This document shows positions 40,270 to 53,240 of a DNA stretch of 64,000 bases, in pieces. Location of the stretch: assembly GCF_009914755.1 (NCBI RefSeq), contig NC_060947.1, one strand, 5' to 3'. Both the position numbers and the translations under genes were made by a program. The DNA is from the human T2T-CHM13v2.0 reference genome, Homo sapiens. Each line of letters begins with the position of its first letter. Within the stretch, counting starts at the first letter, position 1. The notes under the pieces were generated by a model. The model saw only the letters and a list, made by a program, of their open reading frames with translations. It searched no databases and was not told where the DNA came from.

Positions 40270-40480
40270 GCAGAGAATAGCAGTTAAAAGGCCAGCCAGA
40301 AACTTGTGAGATCAATATATCGCAGCTCTGTCTTACTTAAGAGTCGTATGATCTTGGGCAAGGCATCTAATCTCTCTGCCCCTTATTTCCTTCATCAAAA
40401 AAAGTGGGGGGGCTCATAATACCTACTCCCTGGGTCTGTTGGGAAGATTAAAGGATATTATGTGTATAAAGGTTCATTAT
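40270..40480 (+). mobile_element. MIR
   Basis: tatgatcttgggcaaggcatctaatctctctgccccttatttccttcatc...gggaagattaaagga. Confidence 0.7.
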
Positions 40481-40529
40481 AGCCCCTCCAACAAAAGTTA
40501 GCTGAAAAAAAATTGTTTTTAAATTGTTG

Positions 40530-40760
40530 ATACTGAAGCTCTTCAGGCTTAGGTTCAGACACCAGCTCTACTGTTTACTAGGTTTGAGACTTGGACATGT
40601 TTCTTGCTTCTTTAAGATTCAGTTTCCTTGACTCTAACCTGGTTGCGTCAAGGTCTTGGTCTCACGAAGTTGTTGTTAGAATTGAATAAGGCAACATATG
40701 TAAAGTACTTTGTATGGTATGAACTACACATTGAGTGCTCCATAAATCATAGCCCTTGTT
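40530..40760 (+). mobile_element. MIR
   Basis: aggttcagacaccagctctactgtttactagg...ttcagtttcctt...tatgtaaagtactt. Confidence 0.7.
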
Positions 40761-41939
40761 ATAATTACTTGATATGACATCACAATGACAATATTTCTAT
40801 TATAATGTTTTTAAAAAATGAAGATTTATTCTAGTTGACATTCCTGGAGAACTACTCACCCAAAACACTGGCACAATGCAGACTCTTAAAGATACAATGT
40901 CAATGACTAACAGTCCAATCAACTTTATTGGACATTTGGATTTATGGGCATTTTGTTTATTTTGAAGGAAACTTATTAGAACATTGACAGAGGACATGCA
41001 AAACCTTTAAGACAGCCTGATCAAGAAGATGCAGATAGTGCAACATCTGCATGCAGTCAAGTAGCAGCAGTCAGGTAGCCTGCTGGAGTTGTTAGTCCAC
41101 CTGATATGTTATCTTCATGTTCTCCATCCTCATGCCCCAATATTTATCTCTTATCACTTCTAGTCTCTAAGTGGCATCTACTCTTATTACTCACGTTGCT
41201 TTTCATCCTGACCCCTTAGCTATCAATGTTAACTTAACCCTTTCTCTGCTCTTTGCCTGACCCTGGTTGGCCATTAGCACCATCAGGGCCCTGGGTGGAT
41301 TACAAAATGATACTCATTGTAGCAAAGCAAAGGAGGTGGCCTTATTACCTGGGCATAAGGAAAGCAAGATAAAGAGGCTGCAGCATCAGATAAATCTCAT
41401 CTCTTTGGCTTAAATTAAATTTTGTGCAGCAAATAAGAAAAAGCTGAAGTGTGGCAACTGATTTAAAATTTGTCTACATGGTGTTCTCTGTTTTCTGTTG
41501 CCCCAAGAATCTCAAATAAAGTCAGTGCCATTAGCCATGAAAATGCCTCTAGCAGAGGAGCAGCTTGTAAGCGGACGGTGACAGCAGGATGTACATAAAA
41601 TGCCTGATGAAAGGCAAGCTCCTCAAAACAGAGGACTTCCCCTGGGAAATTAGGGCTGGCAAGCTCAGGAGCACACTCCATATGCCTCATCTACCATCAT
41701 CAGCCCCAGCCACCTGTGACAAAATGTCACCACCTTCTAATATGCCTCAGGGCCAGGCTTTTCTCTGCTATTTGCTTTTTCTCTAATGTCTCCCCACTTA
41801 TAATTTCATTTTTGCTTTCTCTTCCCCTGCTCCTTGTTCATTTAATTATTCATTTGATGAACATATCCTTACCTTTGTGCAAGATCAGGTTCTCTCCATT
41901 TCTCAAAATACCCTTCCTGGTCCAGTTGAATCAAATCAT

Positions 41940-42085
41940 GTAGGCTAATGTTTAAAATGCATATTCCTGTGCTTCTTCCCAGCTCTATTTAATGGTACTG
42001 TCTCATGGGCAGATCTCAGGGACTTGAATTTGTTACACATCCTCAGGTAGTATTGTGGTACACTGGTGGGTGTGTAAACCATCCA
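41940..42085. mobile_element. MER5-like fragment
   Basis: tttaaaatgcatattcctgtgcttcttcccag...ctcagggacttgaatttgttacacatcctcagg. Confidence 0.5.
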
Positions 42086-42194
42086 CATGGAACTCCCTAG
42101 TCATGGAATTCCCTTCTGTTTTGTCTACCTTTCTCCTATAGCAGAATTCCCTCAAAGCAGCAATTCCTACGAAACATCCAGTCCCTCATACCAT

Positions 42195-42625
42195 CTGTTA
42201 GACAAGCTAACACTTGCTACTTTAACAGATACACCTCCAAATTTTGTGGCCTAACATAGTAATGGTTTATTTCTTACATAAAGTTTCAGTGCAGTGTAAG
42301 CAGTATGCAACTTTTCTCAAAGTGGTAATTCAGGGCCCAGATTTCTTTAATCTTGTGGCTGCACTGTCTTCAGTGTGTAGTTCCCAAAGTGTCCTCCACA
42401 GGGTGTACTCCTACCTAAACTTCCAGATAAGAAAGAATATGGAGGAACACAGTGGAGGTTTTCATGAGCCAGGGCTAGATGTGGCCATTCCTACTTCTGT
42501 CTGCATTCCACTGGTCACACACAGTCACGTGACCTCAATGAACCTCAAGGAATGCTTGGAAGTAGTGTAGCCATATTCCCAGAGAGCAGAGGTTTCAAAG
42601 GGAAGTTGTTCAGTCTATAACACAT
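42195..42625 (-). mobile_element. MLT1J-like LTR
   Basis: ttcagggcccagatttctttaatcttgtggc...cttctgtctgcattccactggtcacacacagtcacgtgacc. Confidence 0.7.
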
Positions 42626-43995
42626 ACAGCTCATTCAAAAAAAAATGTCTTTTCAGCACCAGCTGATAGTGACCATAAGCCTGCAAACTGGAAGGAGCTA
42701 TCCCAAGACTTAAAAACTTCACTAAAATGGGTTGCAACTGCTGATGTTGGCATGATCCTTGCCACAGAACAGAAATGAACCAATCTATGTTCTCTCTACC
42801 ACAAACCCCTGCAGGCCACTGGGACCATGCTGGGCCCTAATGGTGAGCTATAGGCTCAGGACTAGAAATCTCAGGTGTCCTCCAAGTGGCTTAAAAAATT
42901 GTGCTAGTTGGAAATCCAACCATAGTTAATCCATATGCTAGGACACAATATTCTCAACAGAAAGGAGCATTCAGGTGAGGTCTGGTCACCAACAGAGTGT
43001 ACATAGAAGAGTCTGTTACAATGATATGGATCCTGTAGCAAATCCAAAGCCCAGAACTTTGAAGGCTGTGATAAAATGGCCAGGTAGAGTAACCCAGAAG
43101 AGTCAAAACTCATTATCTCAATCCCTTCACTCTGGGGCTGTAAAAAGACTAGCAGAGAAGTGAAATCTTGCAACTCAATGGTATAAAAAAGGGAAGGAGA
43201 ACTGCCCTAGGTGACTCTGTTGTGAGATGGGCAGTTGGTAACAAGGAGAAAGGCACCAGGGGCTGTTGTTTGATGACATGACAAACTGGAACCATCTGGG
43301 AGGAGTCTGTTTATATTTTCACTGGACTCAAAAAGATGCTATAGCTCCATTTTGGCAAGAAACAAGGAATAAATGGGCTTTATTTAAACTGCAGCTGCAG
43401 ACCTCATGTGTACAGATTAACAAACCAGGCTCCACAGCAACACTTTGGCCAGAAATGCAGAAACAGCAAAATATAATCAAATCCCCAGCCACACTCAAAT
43501 CAGCCTAGCCAGCTACTTAATTTTTTGGTCAATCTCTGGTTCAAGACCTAATGGTACTTGGTCTTAGAGATGTATAAGACAAAGAAAGTGTCCCTGCACC
43601 CACCTCTATAATAATACCTTACAATTGAAAAGAGTCTACTGTTTATATAGCACTTTCATTTTATTTAATGGGGTAGTTGTAAGAACAAAATAAGAAAAAG
43701 TGTGAAGTTTTATCTTATTAATCATCTTTATCATCACCAGCATCAGAGTCATCCACAACAATGTCTTCATTTCACACGTACGTTGATCCTCGATCATCTT
43801 TGCTGGAAATGTCCCCTTTTATTCTTCACTTCACCCTGGACTTTCAAAATCATACTACATTTCAAGTTTTATAACAAATTTCCTGATCCCTTCAACCAAA
43901 TTATCTTTCATGGGGCTTTTGATATCATAGGGTTACCTACTTATTTTTTTGTCAACATCTTTAATTCCTCTATTGGAATAAAATAGTGATGGTTG

Positions 43996-44092
43996 AATAA
44001 ATGGATGGATGTCTGAATGGGTAAGTAGGTGGATGGATGAGTAGATTAATGGACAGTAGATGGATGGATGAATGAATGGATGGGATGTATGG
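43996..44092. repeat. Degenerate (TGGA)n repeat, probably an expanded L2 tail
   Basis: Directly visible. Confidence 0.75.
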
Positions 44093-44129
44093 GTAGAAGA
44101 GACAGAGCTATAGAAAGGTAAAAAGATCA

Positions 44130-44845
<716 letters not shown>

Positions 44846-44949
44846 GCTTCTTTTATTTTAATAAATAAATAGTGAGTTTAAAAGAAAACCCACATACTGT
44901 TTTTTCCTATCCACCCCTCTGTAAGCATTGTGAGGATTCACTCATACTT

Positions 44950-45097
44950 TGTGTGAACTTTCAAACATACCCACTAGGCTATGAGTCCCTTGAAACAGGG
45001 CTATGTTCTGTTCATCTTTGTATAGCCAACATGTTGTTTTATAAAAAGAAGGAATTTAATCAATGTTTATTGAAAATTGGAATGAATGAATAAATGA
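44950..45097 (+). mobile_element. L2 3' end
   Basis: ctaggctatgagtcccttgaaacagggctatgttctgttcatctttgtat...gaatgaatgaataaatg. Confidence 0.75.
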
Positions 45098-45664
45098 CTA
45101 CTTGTTAGATTTAACTTACAGCTAACAAAGAGTGCTAAAAATAAATTAAAATTTCCACCATTATCACTTCTCTTCACTTTCCTTCCTTAGGAATAATACT
45201 AAAAATTAAATACCCTAGGGAATATGTGGTATTTGTGGGAACTCACCCGTTATATTTCATGAACTATTAGAACCTCTTAATATTAACCAGGAATTAATAA
45301 TCTTATTCTACTTTGGGAAAGTAGACTTTCTCTGAAAGATAAGATGAAGCACCCTGGGAGGGGCATTTTAGGAGTAGGGACACTTGGAACTGGTGCTGTT
45401 TCCCATGAAGTGTCATTGCAGGGTCAGCGTTTGCAGAATGAAGAATTCTGAAGCCAAGACCTAGTACCAACTACTCCTGTCTCTTGTCTTCTGGAAAAGC
45501 ATGAGCTCCTTTACTGGTCAGTGGGCAGATGCTCAAATGGCCTCTGAAGTTACTCACTACACCCTTCCATTTGGACAATGAACCATGTTGCTAAAAGATG
45601 AAACCTGGATATCTGGCTTAATTAGGATGAAGTTCAGGTGAAGCTATCATGAGTCAGAATGAGA

Positions 45665-46160
45665 TGTCTCAATTGGATTACCCCAAAATAAGAGCCTGAG
45701 ACAGCTTGAGAGGTGATACCAGAAAACAATGAATGAGTGAGTGAAAAAAAGTAGGAAAGGGAAGGAGGAAAAGCCCATCTCAGGACGCATTATTGAAGTC
45801 ACTACTGTACTAAATGGGAGTTTCATTCCACCAGAGAAGCAGAAAAAAAAAAAATGACCACCCTCAAGATGGGAGGTTGAAGTATTTCCACATTAGCTCC
45901 CTTCCCCCATTGTGGGGTAGTTACTGGGGGTACATCCCTCGTATTTTTGGTCTGTGCTCATATGAAGGCCTAGTGAGCTTCTAGGGTGTCAGAAGAAACC
46001 TTGAAGCAGCATGCAGAAAGGTGTGTGCTTGAGTTGGGGCCTTGTAAGTGCAAGCTGGCTCTAGATTTGCAAGGAACTGTCCACCTCAGCAGCAGCTGAA
46101 ATCTGAGGTAGGCCAAGGAGGTATTAGGGGTGTGATGCAGGTACTAGGGGCATCTTCCTT
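45665..46160 (-). mobile_element. LTR16-family (ERVL) LTR, copy 1
   Basis: ttggattaccccaaaataagagcctgagac...ggaactgtccacctcagcagcagctgaaatctgaggtaggccaagg. Confidence 0.7.
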
Positions 46161-46410
46161 AAGGATCAGCCAAGAGCTTCCCTTCCCCTGAACTTCATCA
46201 CTGGTTTCTTCTTGAGATAATGGCCATCTCCACTTCCTCACCTACCATTTTTTCTCAATACACCATGATCAAATTTCAAATCAATGAAGCTGTGTTGCTG
46301 TTGATTATCATATTGATGATAGCCAAATCACATGGTCACTCCTCAGTTCTTATGTTTTAGAGTTGTTGGTATACAAGTGGCATTTACATCGCAGGGCTGG
46401 ATAAGACTAC
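45729..46410 (+). repeat. Local duplication, copy A (partner 50657-51321)
   Basis: Colinear match by eye throughout, e.g. aagcccatctcagga[c/t]gcattattgaagtcact and gggccttgtaagtgcaagctg. Confidence 0.95.
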
Positions 46411-46499
46411 ATGGAGGAGAGAGAGACAGAAAGAGAGGGAGAGAACTGAGCCCTTCAAAATTATAAAATCAGGGACATGAATAAAATCATCAAAAGATC

Positions 46500-47110
46500 C
46501 TTCAGTTTGTTGTTCCCTTCTCATGCTGCATATACTCTCTGGGAATTCTCAACCAAACTCATGACTTTTCCTATCATCTACTGCCAGGCCTTCTTGACGT
46601 CCAGTGCCAAATCACCATCTGACTGCTAATATCTCAGAAACTTTCTATTCTACATATCCAAAGGACTACTAATTATCCCTCCCTAACCCACCAATGCAAA
46701 AGAAACTCCTTCTCCCATAAGCCCATTCTGATTTATAGAATCAGCACCTAGACAGGAACTTGAGTCAGAAACTCGGGTGTCATCCTAGTCTACTTCGTTT
46801 CCTTCTTAATCGATGTCCAGTTTCCACTGGCATGCTTATTCTACCTCTTTAACATTTCCTCCTTCACATCCATCCCCTCTGCTCCACCCCAATGTTACAG
46901 GCTTGGATCAGGACCTCATCAATTTTCAGTAGAATTAATGCCATCATCTCCTAACTAGACTTTCTCCCTCCAGTTTTATTCATTCCTTCTTATCTACCAA
47001 GTATCCCACTGCTGAAATAATGTTTATGCAACACAAATCAGATCATTGTACACTTCTTTCCGTTGTTCTCTAGAAAGTCAGGTGCAAATTTCTAGGCATG
47101 CCATGGCCAC
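46500..47110 (+). mobile_element. L2 fragment
   Basis: gtcagaaactcgggtgtcatcctagtc, catctcctaactagac, acacaaatcagatcattgtacac. Confidence 0.7.
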
Positions 47111-48249
47111 TCAAGTGATCACTATCCTACTATCTCATTCAACAGCATCACAAAAAAACAGCCTGCGTTGGACTTCATTCAACATACAGTAAGTTTCTGA
47201 ATAAAGAAGATGAGAAGGAAAAGTGAAAGTTAAATTAGGCATCTGATGGATTATCAAGAAGTTGTTATGAACAGCTTTATCACCTTACTGAGCTGCAAAG
47301 AATTCATTACTTTCTTATAATGATGCATTTAAAAAATGCAATGTTTATGAAGCAGACAGCACCCACTGTAACAGTCTGGTGTATGAAAGTCAAAGCTAAG
47401 GTATTAACCCAGTTCACAGTTTAAGGAGAATATCACTTGTGGGTGCACATATGCATTTGTTTATGCATCTTTCTCCCCTACTAGACTGAGAATTGTTTGC
47501 TTGGGGGAGGGGTCTTATTTATTCCTACATTCCTATTGCCAGCATAGTATGATAGGCATCCTAATAATGCTGCTTGGTGAATAGGAATTTTTGCCACATT
47601 TTTCTCATGTTGTATCACATAAAAGCCATCCAAGTAAGTCCAAACATGGTAGCTATTCAGTAAAGGTTTTGATGAAGAGATCAGAAGGATCTTGTTTACA
47701 ATTAGAGTCAACCCAGTTCTGATGACCATTTGACAGCCCAAAATTTCAGAGACAACTGTGCTAAGATGCTTCATAAATGGATCATGTCAGTACTAATATA
47801 AACAATTGGTGCTCTTAAATGAGGAGAAATTGTTTGAATTACAGTGATTGCCTCATTCCTGTGAATTCCCTCAGCAGCAACACAATCTGTTCACCCGAAA
47901 GAGGCTTTTGAAAAGCATCCCACATTGCAAGGCAATGCTTGATATGATGAATATAAATTCACTCTGAAACATCTGTTAAGGTACAGCTTCTACAAGGCAG
48001 AAATGATTTCTTTAAGGGTAGTGAATTACATGGAAGTACTTCTCTGTTATCCACATATTGTCTGACATTTGAAAACCTCCTGGTTTCCTCAAACAGTATG
48101 CAGCAACAATAAAGGAAAGGGGAGAGGTAGACCAGGGTTAGCATTTACTGAGTGCCAGATATTGGTGTGCAGAGCTGTTATTTCATTAGTGCTTAAATGC
48201 ATTATGCCTTTTAATCCTCGTGATAACTAATTGTAATTTCTTGAATGTG

Positions 48250-48680
48250 CTCTTCTCTTTCTTGCCTCTGTCATTTGACATACCTTTTGTGTCCTCTTCT
48301 CCTTCTAGTAAAATGTTGCTGGTCCTTTAATACACAGATCAGGTGTGCTTATTTCACATTGCATGCCTGTATCAAAACATCTCATGTATCCCATAAATAT
48401 ATACACCTACTATGTACCCACAAACATTAAAAAATAAAATAATAATATAAATTTTAAAAAGACACAGATTGGGTGCCATCTATTCCAACAACCCATCTCC
48501 AGTTCCCTCCAAACACCTTGTCTGTGCTCCCTCTGCATCCTGTCTATACCTCTTGTATTGCAATGCACACTGTATCAAATGTCTGTTTCTCTTTGTAGAA
48601 TAGGAAATTCTTGAAAATAGGGTCAATATACCTCTGGCAACTAAAACAGGAACTCTTCCTGAGTTTGGGCCTGGAAATGT
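48250..48680 (+). mobile_element. L2 3' fragment interrupted by an L1MA tail
   Basis: ctgtgctccctctgcatcctgtctatacctc...gtagaataggaaattcttgaaaataggg. Confidence 0.6.
48346..48458 (+). mobile_element. L1MA extreme 3' end (about 110 bp)
   Basis: cattgcatgcctgtatcaaaacatctcatgtatcccataaatatatacacctactatgtacccac plus A tail; TSD aatacacagatcaggtg / aagacacagattgggtg. Confidence 0.88.
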
Positions 48681-48755
48681 GTATCAAGTGAATACCTGTA
48701 TCTGCTCTGGGTGTTAGCCAGAAATTACTTGTTCCCTTTCACAGTATTTGCATGC

Positions 48756-49289
48756 CATGTTGTTTAATTTTATGTGTCAACTTGATTGGGTCATAGGATA
48801 CCCAGATATTTAGAAAAATATTATTTTCACTATGTTTGTGAGGGTGTTTCTGGATGATATTAACATTTTAATTGGTAGACTGAGTGAAGCAGATTGCCCT
48901 CCTTAGTGTGGGTAGGCATCATCCAATCAGTTGAAGGCCTGAATAGAATAACAGGCTGAATAAGTGGGAACTTCGCCTGCCTGACTACCTTAGAGCTAGG
49001 ACATCATTTTTCCCATGCCTTTAGACTCGAACTGAACCATCAGTACTTCCTGGGTCTTGAGCCTGCTGGCTGTCAGACTAGGACATGCCACCAATTCTCC
49101 TGGATCTCTAGCTTGCTGACTGCAGATCTTGAAACTTTTCAGCCTCTACAATCATATGAGCCAATTTCTTATGACAAATCTGTCTGTCAATTAACCTATC
49201 ATCAAACTATCTACCTATCAATCATCTATCTATCAGTCTATACATCCATCCTATTTGTTCTGTTTCTCAGGAGAACCCTGATTAATACA
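48756..49289 (+). mobile_element. MLT2 (ERVL) solo LTR
   Basis: ttaattttatgtgtcaacttgattggg...ggagaaccctgattaataca; 5-bp TSD catgc / cgtgc. Confidence 0.9.
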
Positions 49290-50128
49290 CGTGCCTTTTA
49301 TTGGAGTGCAGTATGTAAGTTTGCCCTCAACAGTTTACCAAAATAATAGATTTTAAATAAGGATCATTGGCTTAAGGATTCTGCCTCAAATATTGGGTGG
49401 ATAATGCAATTTTAAAAGCTTTATATAGAGAATGTCAAACAATTGGCTACCATGGAAACATACTCTTTATATGACTCAAGCATTTGGACTCATATAGTAT
49501 TTTACTCCAACAAACAGGAAAACAGAAGCTTTCATCCCATTCTCCAGTAAACCTGAAGAGCTTTAAAACTACTATATTTTAAACTGCTACCTTCCCGATC
49601 TGTCAAGGAAGCATTATCTGATAGATTTATGAACTGCCGTGTAACCCAGAATTCTTAATTTGTGTAGTAAATTGTACTTTTCATCTCACAGCACCACACA
49701 GTACACAATTCCCAGTTTCACTGCATCAGTTCCCATGAGAAGTCAGATAACACAGTCACTACATGCATGTTAATAAGGTTTCCACAGTTGATTCTTCTTT
49801 CCTCCTTCATTCACCTGCAAGGACTTATGGAGGGCTCCAATTCCTTGACTTTTAAACCTTCACTGTTTTATATCCATCAGCTTGATACAGGCTGGCATCT
49901 CTTGGGAGAAAACAGAATATTCATCATCAAGATCTCCCTTCTCTTGAAATGATTTTCATCTTGACATTCAATGTAATCTGTTTCCTTCATTTTCCTAACA
50001 TCTCTCAAAATACCTCTGCTTTGTTACCTGAACTGGATCTCGTTATCTTCCCCTCACCTATTAACCATCAACACTTGCAAGTCAAATTTAATTCTTAGAC
50101 TTTTTCTCTCAATAAAATTAGATAACAT

Positions 50129-50540
50129 ATGTATATTAATCAGGATTTGGCCATAAAAACAGAAACCACTCTAGGTATTTTGAGCAAGAAGAAATTTGTC
50201 ATAGGGAATTAGAAACTTACACAACTTCTGGGAGGGTTGGAGGAGAGAAAATCAGGGAAATTCATCAAAAAGCACAGGAGTCGCAGGAATTGCCACCAAT
50301 GGCCTCAGAAGTATGCAGTGCTGAAATAGGCAAATTTCAGGGGTCCATTGCAGCCCCTGTCACCTGCCTCCAACCACCACTGGAAAATAATAGCCTTTTA
50401 AATTGTGCCCTCGTCAACAGAATGAAACTGGAACCCTGATGACAAGGCACTTGGGAGATGTATTATAGTTTCTATTCTTTCAGTACCCGTAGTACAGGGG
50501 AGACCTTAAAAGAGCTGGGATGCTACTCAGTGTCCACAGA
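50129..50540 (-). mobile_element. LTR33-like old ERVL LTR
   Basis: aatcaggatttggccataaaaacagaaaccactctaggtattttgagcaagaagaaattt. Confidence 0.55.
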
Positions 50541-50656
50541 GGGACTGTGGTAGAGTATGTGAACATGGTCAATAAAACTCTAATGTGCCAAGATTGCAGA
50601 GCCAGCACTGGTTATGACAAGATCCAAACAAAAGCATTTGGCAGTAGCAATGAGGC

Positions 50657-51321
50657 ATGAACGAGTGAGTGGAAAGAGTAGGACGGGGAAGGAGGGAAAG
50701 CCCATCTCAGGATGCATTATTGAAGTCACTGCTGTACTGAATGGGTGCTCCATTCCACCAGAGAAGCAGAAAAAATGGCCACCTTCGAGATGGGAGGTTG
50801 AAGTATTTCTACATTGGTTCCTTTCCCCTATTGTGGGGGTATTCCTAGGGGTTCTTCCCTCATATTTCTGATCTGTGCTCATACAAGGGCCTAGCAAATT
50901 TCTGAGATGTCAGAAGAGACCCTGAAGCAGCATGCAGAAAGGTGTGTGCTTGAGGTGGGGCCTTGTAAGTGCAAGCTGAGTCTAGATTTGCAAGGAACTG
51001 TCCATCTCAGCAGCAGCTGAAATCAGAGGTAGGCCAAGCAGGTGTGATGCAGGTATTAGGGGCATTTTCCTCAAGAATCAGCCAAGAGCTTCCCTTCACC
51101 TGAACTTCACCACTGGTTTCTTCTTGAGATAATGGCCATCTTCACTTCCTCACCTACCATTTTTTTCTCAACCCAAAATGATCAAATTTCAAACTCAAGC
51201 CGAGTTGCTGTTTGATTATGATATTGATGATAGCTAAATCAGATGGTCACTTCTCTGTTCTTATGTTTGAGAGTCCTTGATATACAGGTGGCATTTACAC
51301 CATGGGACTGGATAAGACTAC
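50657..51321 (+). repeat. Local duplication, copy B (partial LTR16 plus L2 pieces)
   Basis: Colinear with 45729-46410, ending at ggataagactac in both copies. Confidence 0.95.
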
Positions 51322-52369
51322 CTAGGGATTTCTGGATTATAAAATATGTGGTGCAAGAGTGAGCCATATTGCGTAAGTGAACAGAGGCAGGGGACACCCT
51401 AGGCAGTGATTAAGAGATCCTCTAAATGTCCATCTGAATCCCAATATCTGTTCTTCCAACCTACAAAAATACGACATTTGGAAGCCATTCCTTTGTGTCT
51501 TGAGAATTTTCTGTTTTCCAGAACCTGCAATTTGCTAGGAAATATCCTGGGTTTTCATTAACAAATGTCAGAGCAGAAGTAATTAGCAGCCGATAGACCA
51601 CAACATAGTTAGACAAATGGGCCATGGATTCTATGTAGGTAAAATGCACCACCAGAGGTGATTAAGGATGCCACTCATTACAAGTTTGTCCTACTTCTCA
51701 ATCCACTGTAGGTCCTGTCTGAATACTATTCCCATATCCCACAACTCTGTGAGTCATGCTTCTTTATTTCTCTCGCATTCATTTTCATTGTCCCTCTATG
51801 GCTTTTCCTTTCCACAGGGAAAGACAGAGCAACTCTAACCTTGACTGTAGGTCAGGGTTAGAATGTTGTTTGAAAACTCTTTTATCACCCAGCCAGTCCA
51901 TGACATGAGTTAGGACTCATTCAAGTTCCTTATTTAAATAGGAGCTAAAAATAATATTAATTAGGAGGAGGAGGGCATATATTAGTATATACAATATACT
52001 ATGATTGAAATGTAATAAGTGAATATTAATTGATAACATATTGACATTTTAGTGTAAGATTAATTAAACACAGGAGCTCCAAATGTGGGTGGATGCTTTT
52101 CCAGGTGTTGCAGAGCTTTGCTGTAAACCTTCCCTGATCTTGGCTGCCCCTTTTGTATCCACAAGGAAGATGAAATCAGGAAAGAAACGAGTCATTTCCA
52201 TGAAACAATCTGAAATGCAGAGAAGAGTTGTGTTTGAAAATGTGTCAGAAGAGACAAAATGGTATGACTTTTCCTCTGTTCTCTACCTGGACACTTCGGC
52301 TCCTCCCTAAAGACCCTCATCTCTGTGAACCTGACACTCCTGTGCAGTTATGTGCACCATCCTTTACAG

Positions 52370-52581
52370 TGGAGCTTCTCATTCTTAGCACTCCTCACGT
52401 TCTCGGCCAGATCATTATTGTCATGGGCTATCCTGTACATCGTAGGATGTTTAGCAGCGTCCCTGGCCTCTATGCAGTAGATGCCAGAAGCACCTTCCAG
52501 TTGTAACAGCTGAAAGTATCCCCAGATATTGTCAAATGTCCCCTAGGAAGGGGCCGAATAGCCCCCAGATGAAGACCACTG
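52370..52581. mobile_element. MER20, near full length
   Basis: cctgtacatcgtaggatgtttagcagcgtccctggcctctatgcagtagatgccag...gaagaccactg. Confidence 0.85.
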
Positions 52582-53240
52582 CAGACTCAAGAATTCAGTG
52601 AGCCCAAGAGAACCCTAGACGATTCCACTGTATTGTACAGAGTGGAAAAAGGGCTGCTTGGTTAAATGTTGGTTGTAAGCATTGAATTTAGACCATTGTC
52701 AGATGTGGTTAGAGCCCAAATTAACAACTAAAACAGAACTATGGGTCTTATATTTCTCAGCATAGGGGGCACAATCGAGCAGGCTCTTTTCCTTTATTTA
52801 AGTAGGGCCTTTGGGCAAATGCACTTCTGAATAGCCAATCACTAAACACATTTCTCTAGGTACCTGAGAGGAAAAAATCAGCACTGGTATGAGTTCTGTG
52901 CTGTGTTCACACATCTCCTTAAGCTTTCATTTTACTCTCAGCAATGACAAGCCAATTCCAGTCCATTTGTGACCTGCTAATGGGGTGCATTTTCTTATTT
53001 ATCTGCTTTCACATTGTTCAGGGCCTCTTTGGGAACACTCCCTGATTGCTCTCCAATCATTTCCTACCCCTTTTGAGAACATTAGGTATGAATTCAAGCT
53101 TGTCAAATCTTATATGATATATTCCATTCAGGAGCTAATACTTCATCAACCTTACCTGGCACTGGAAAATTCAATTTCTCAAGATACCAGCTGTTATCCT
53201 GGAGACCTTGCATATATGTTTGCAACAGCTAATAGAAACT

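Noticed and set aside
45665-51328. Full provirus (LTR16-internal-LTR16)
   Set aside because: The repeated unit extends well beyond the LTR into L2, the second copy lacks the LTR end, and the interior has no gag/pol.
52083-52310. 75-aa ORF with a possible acceptor (ttttccag) and donor (atg|gtatga)
   Set aside because: Splice sites are mediocre and the peptide resembles nothing I know.
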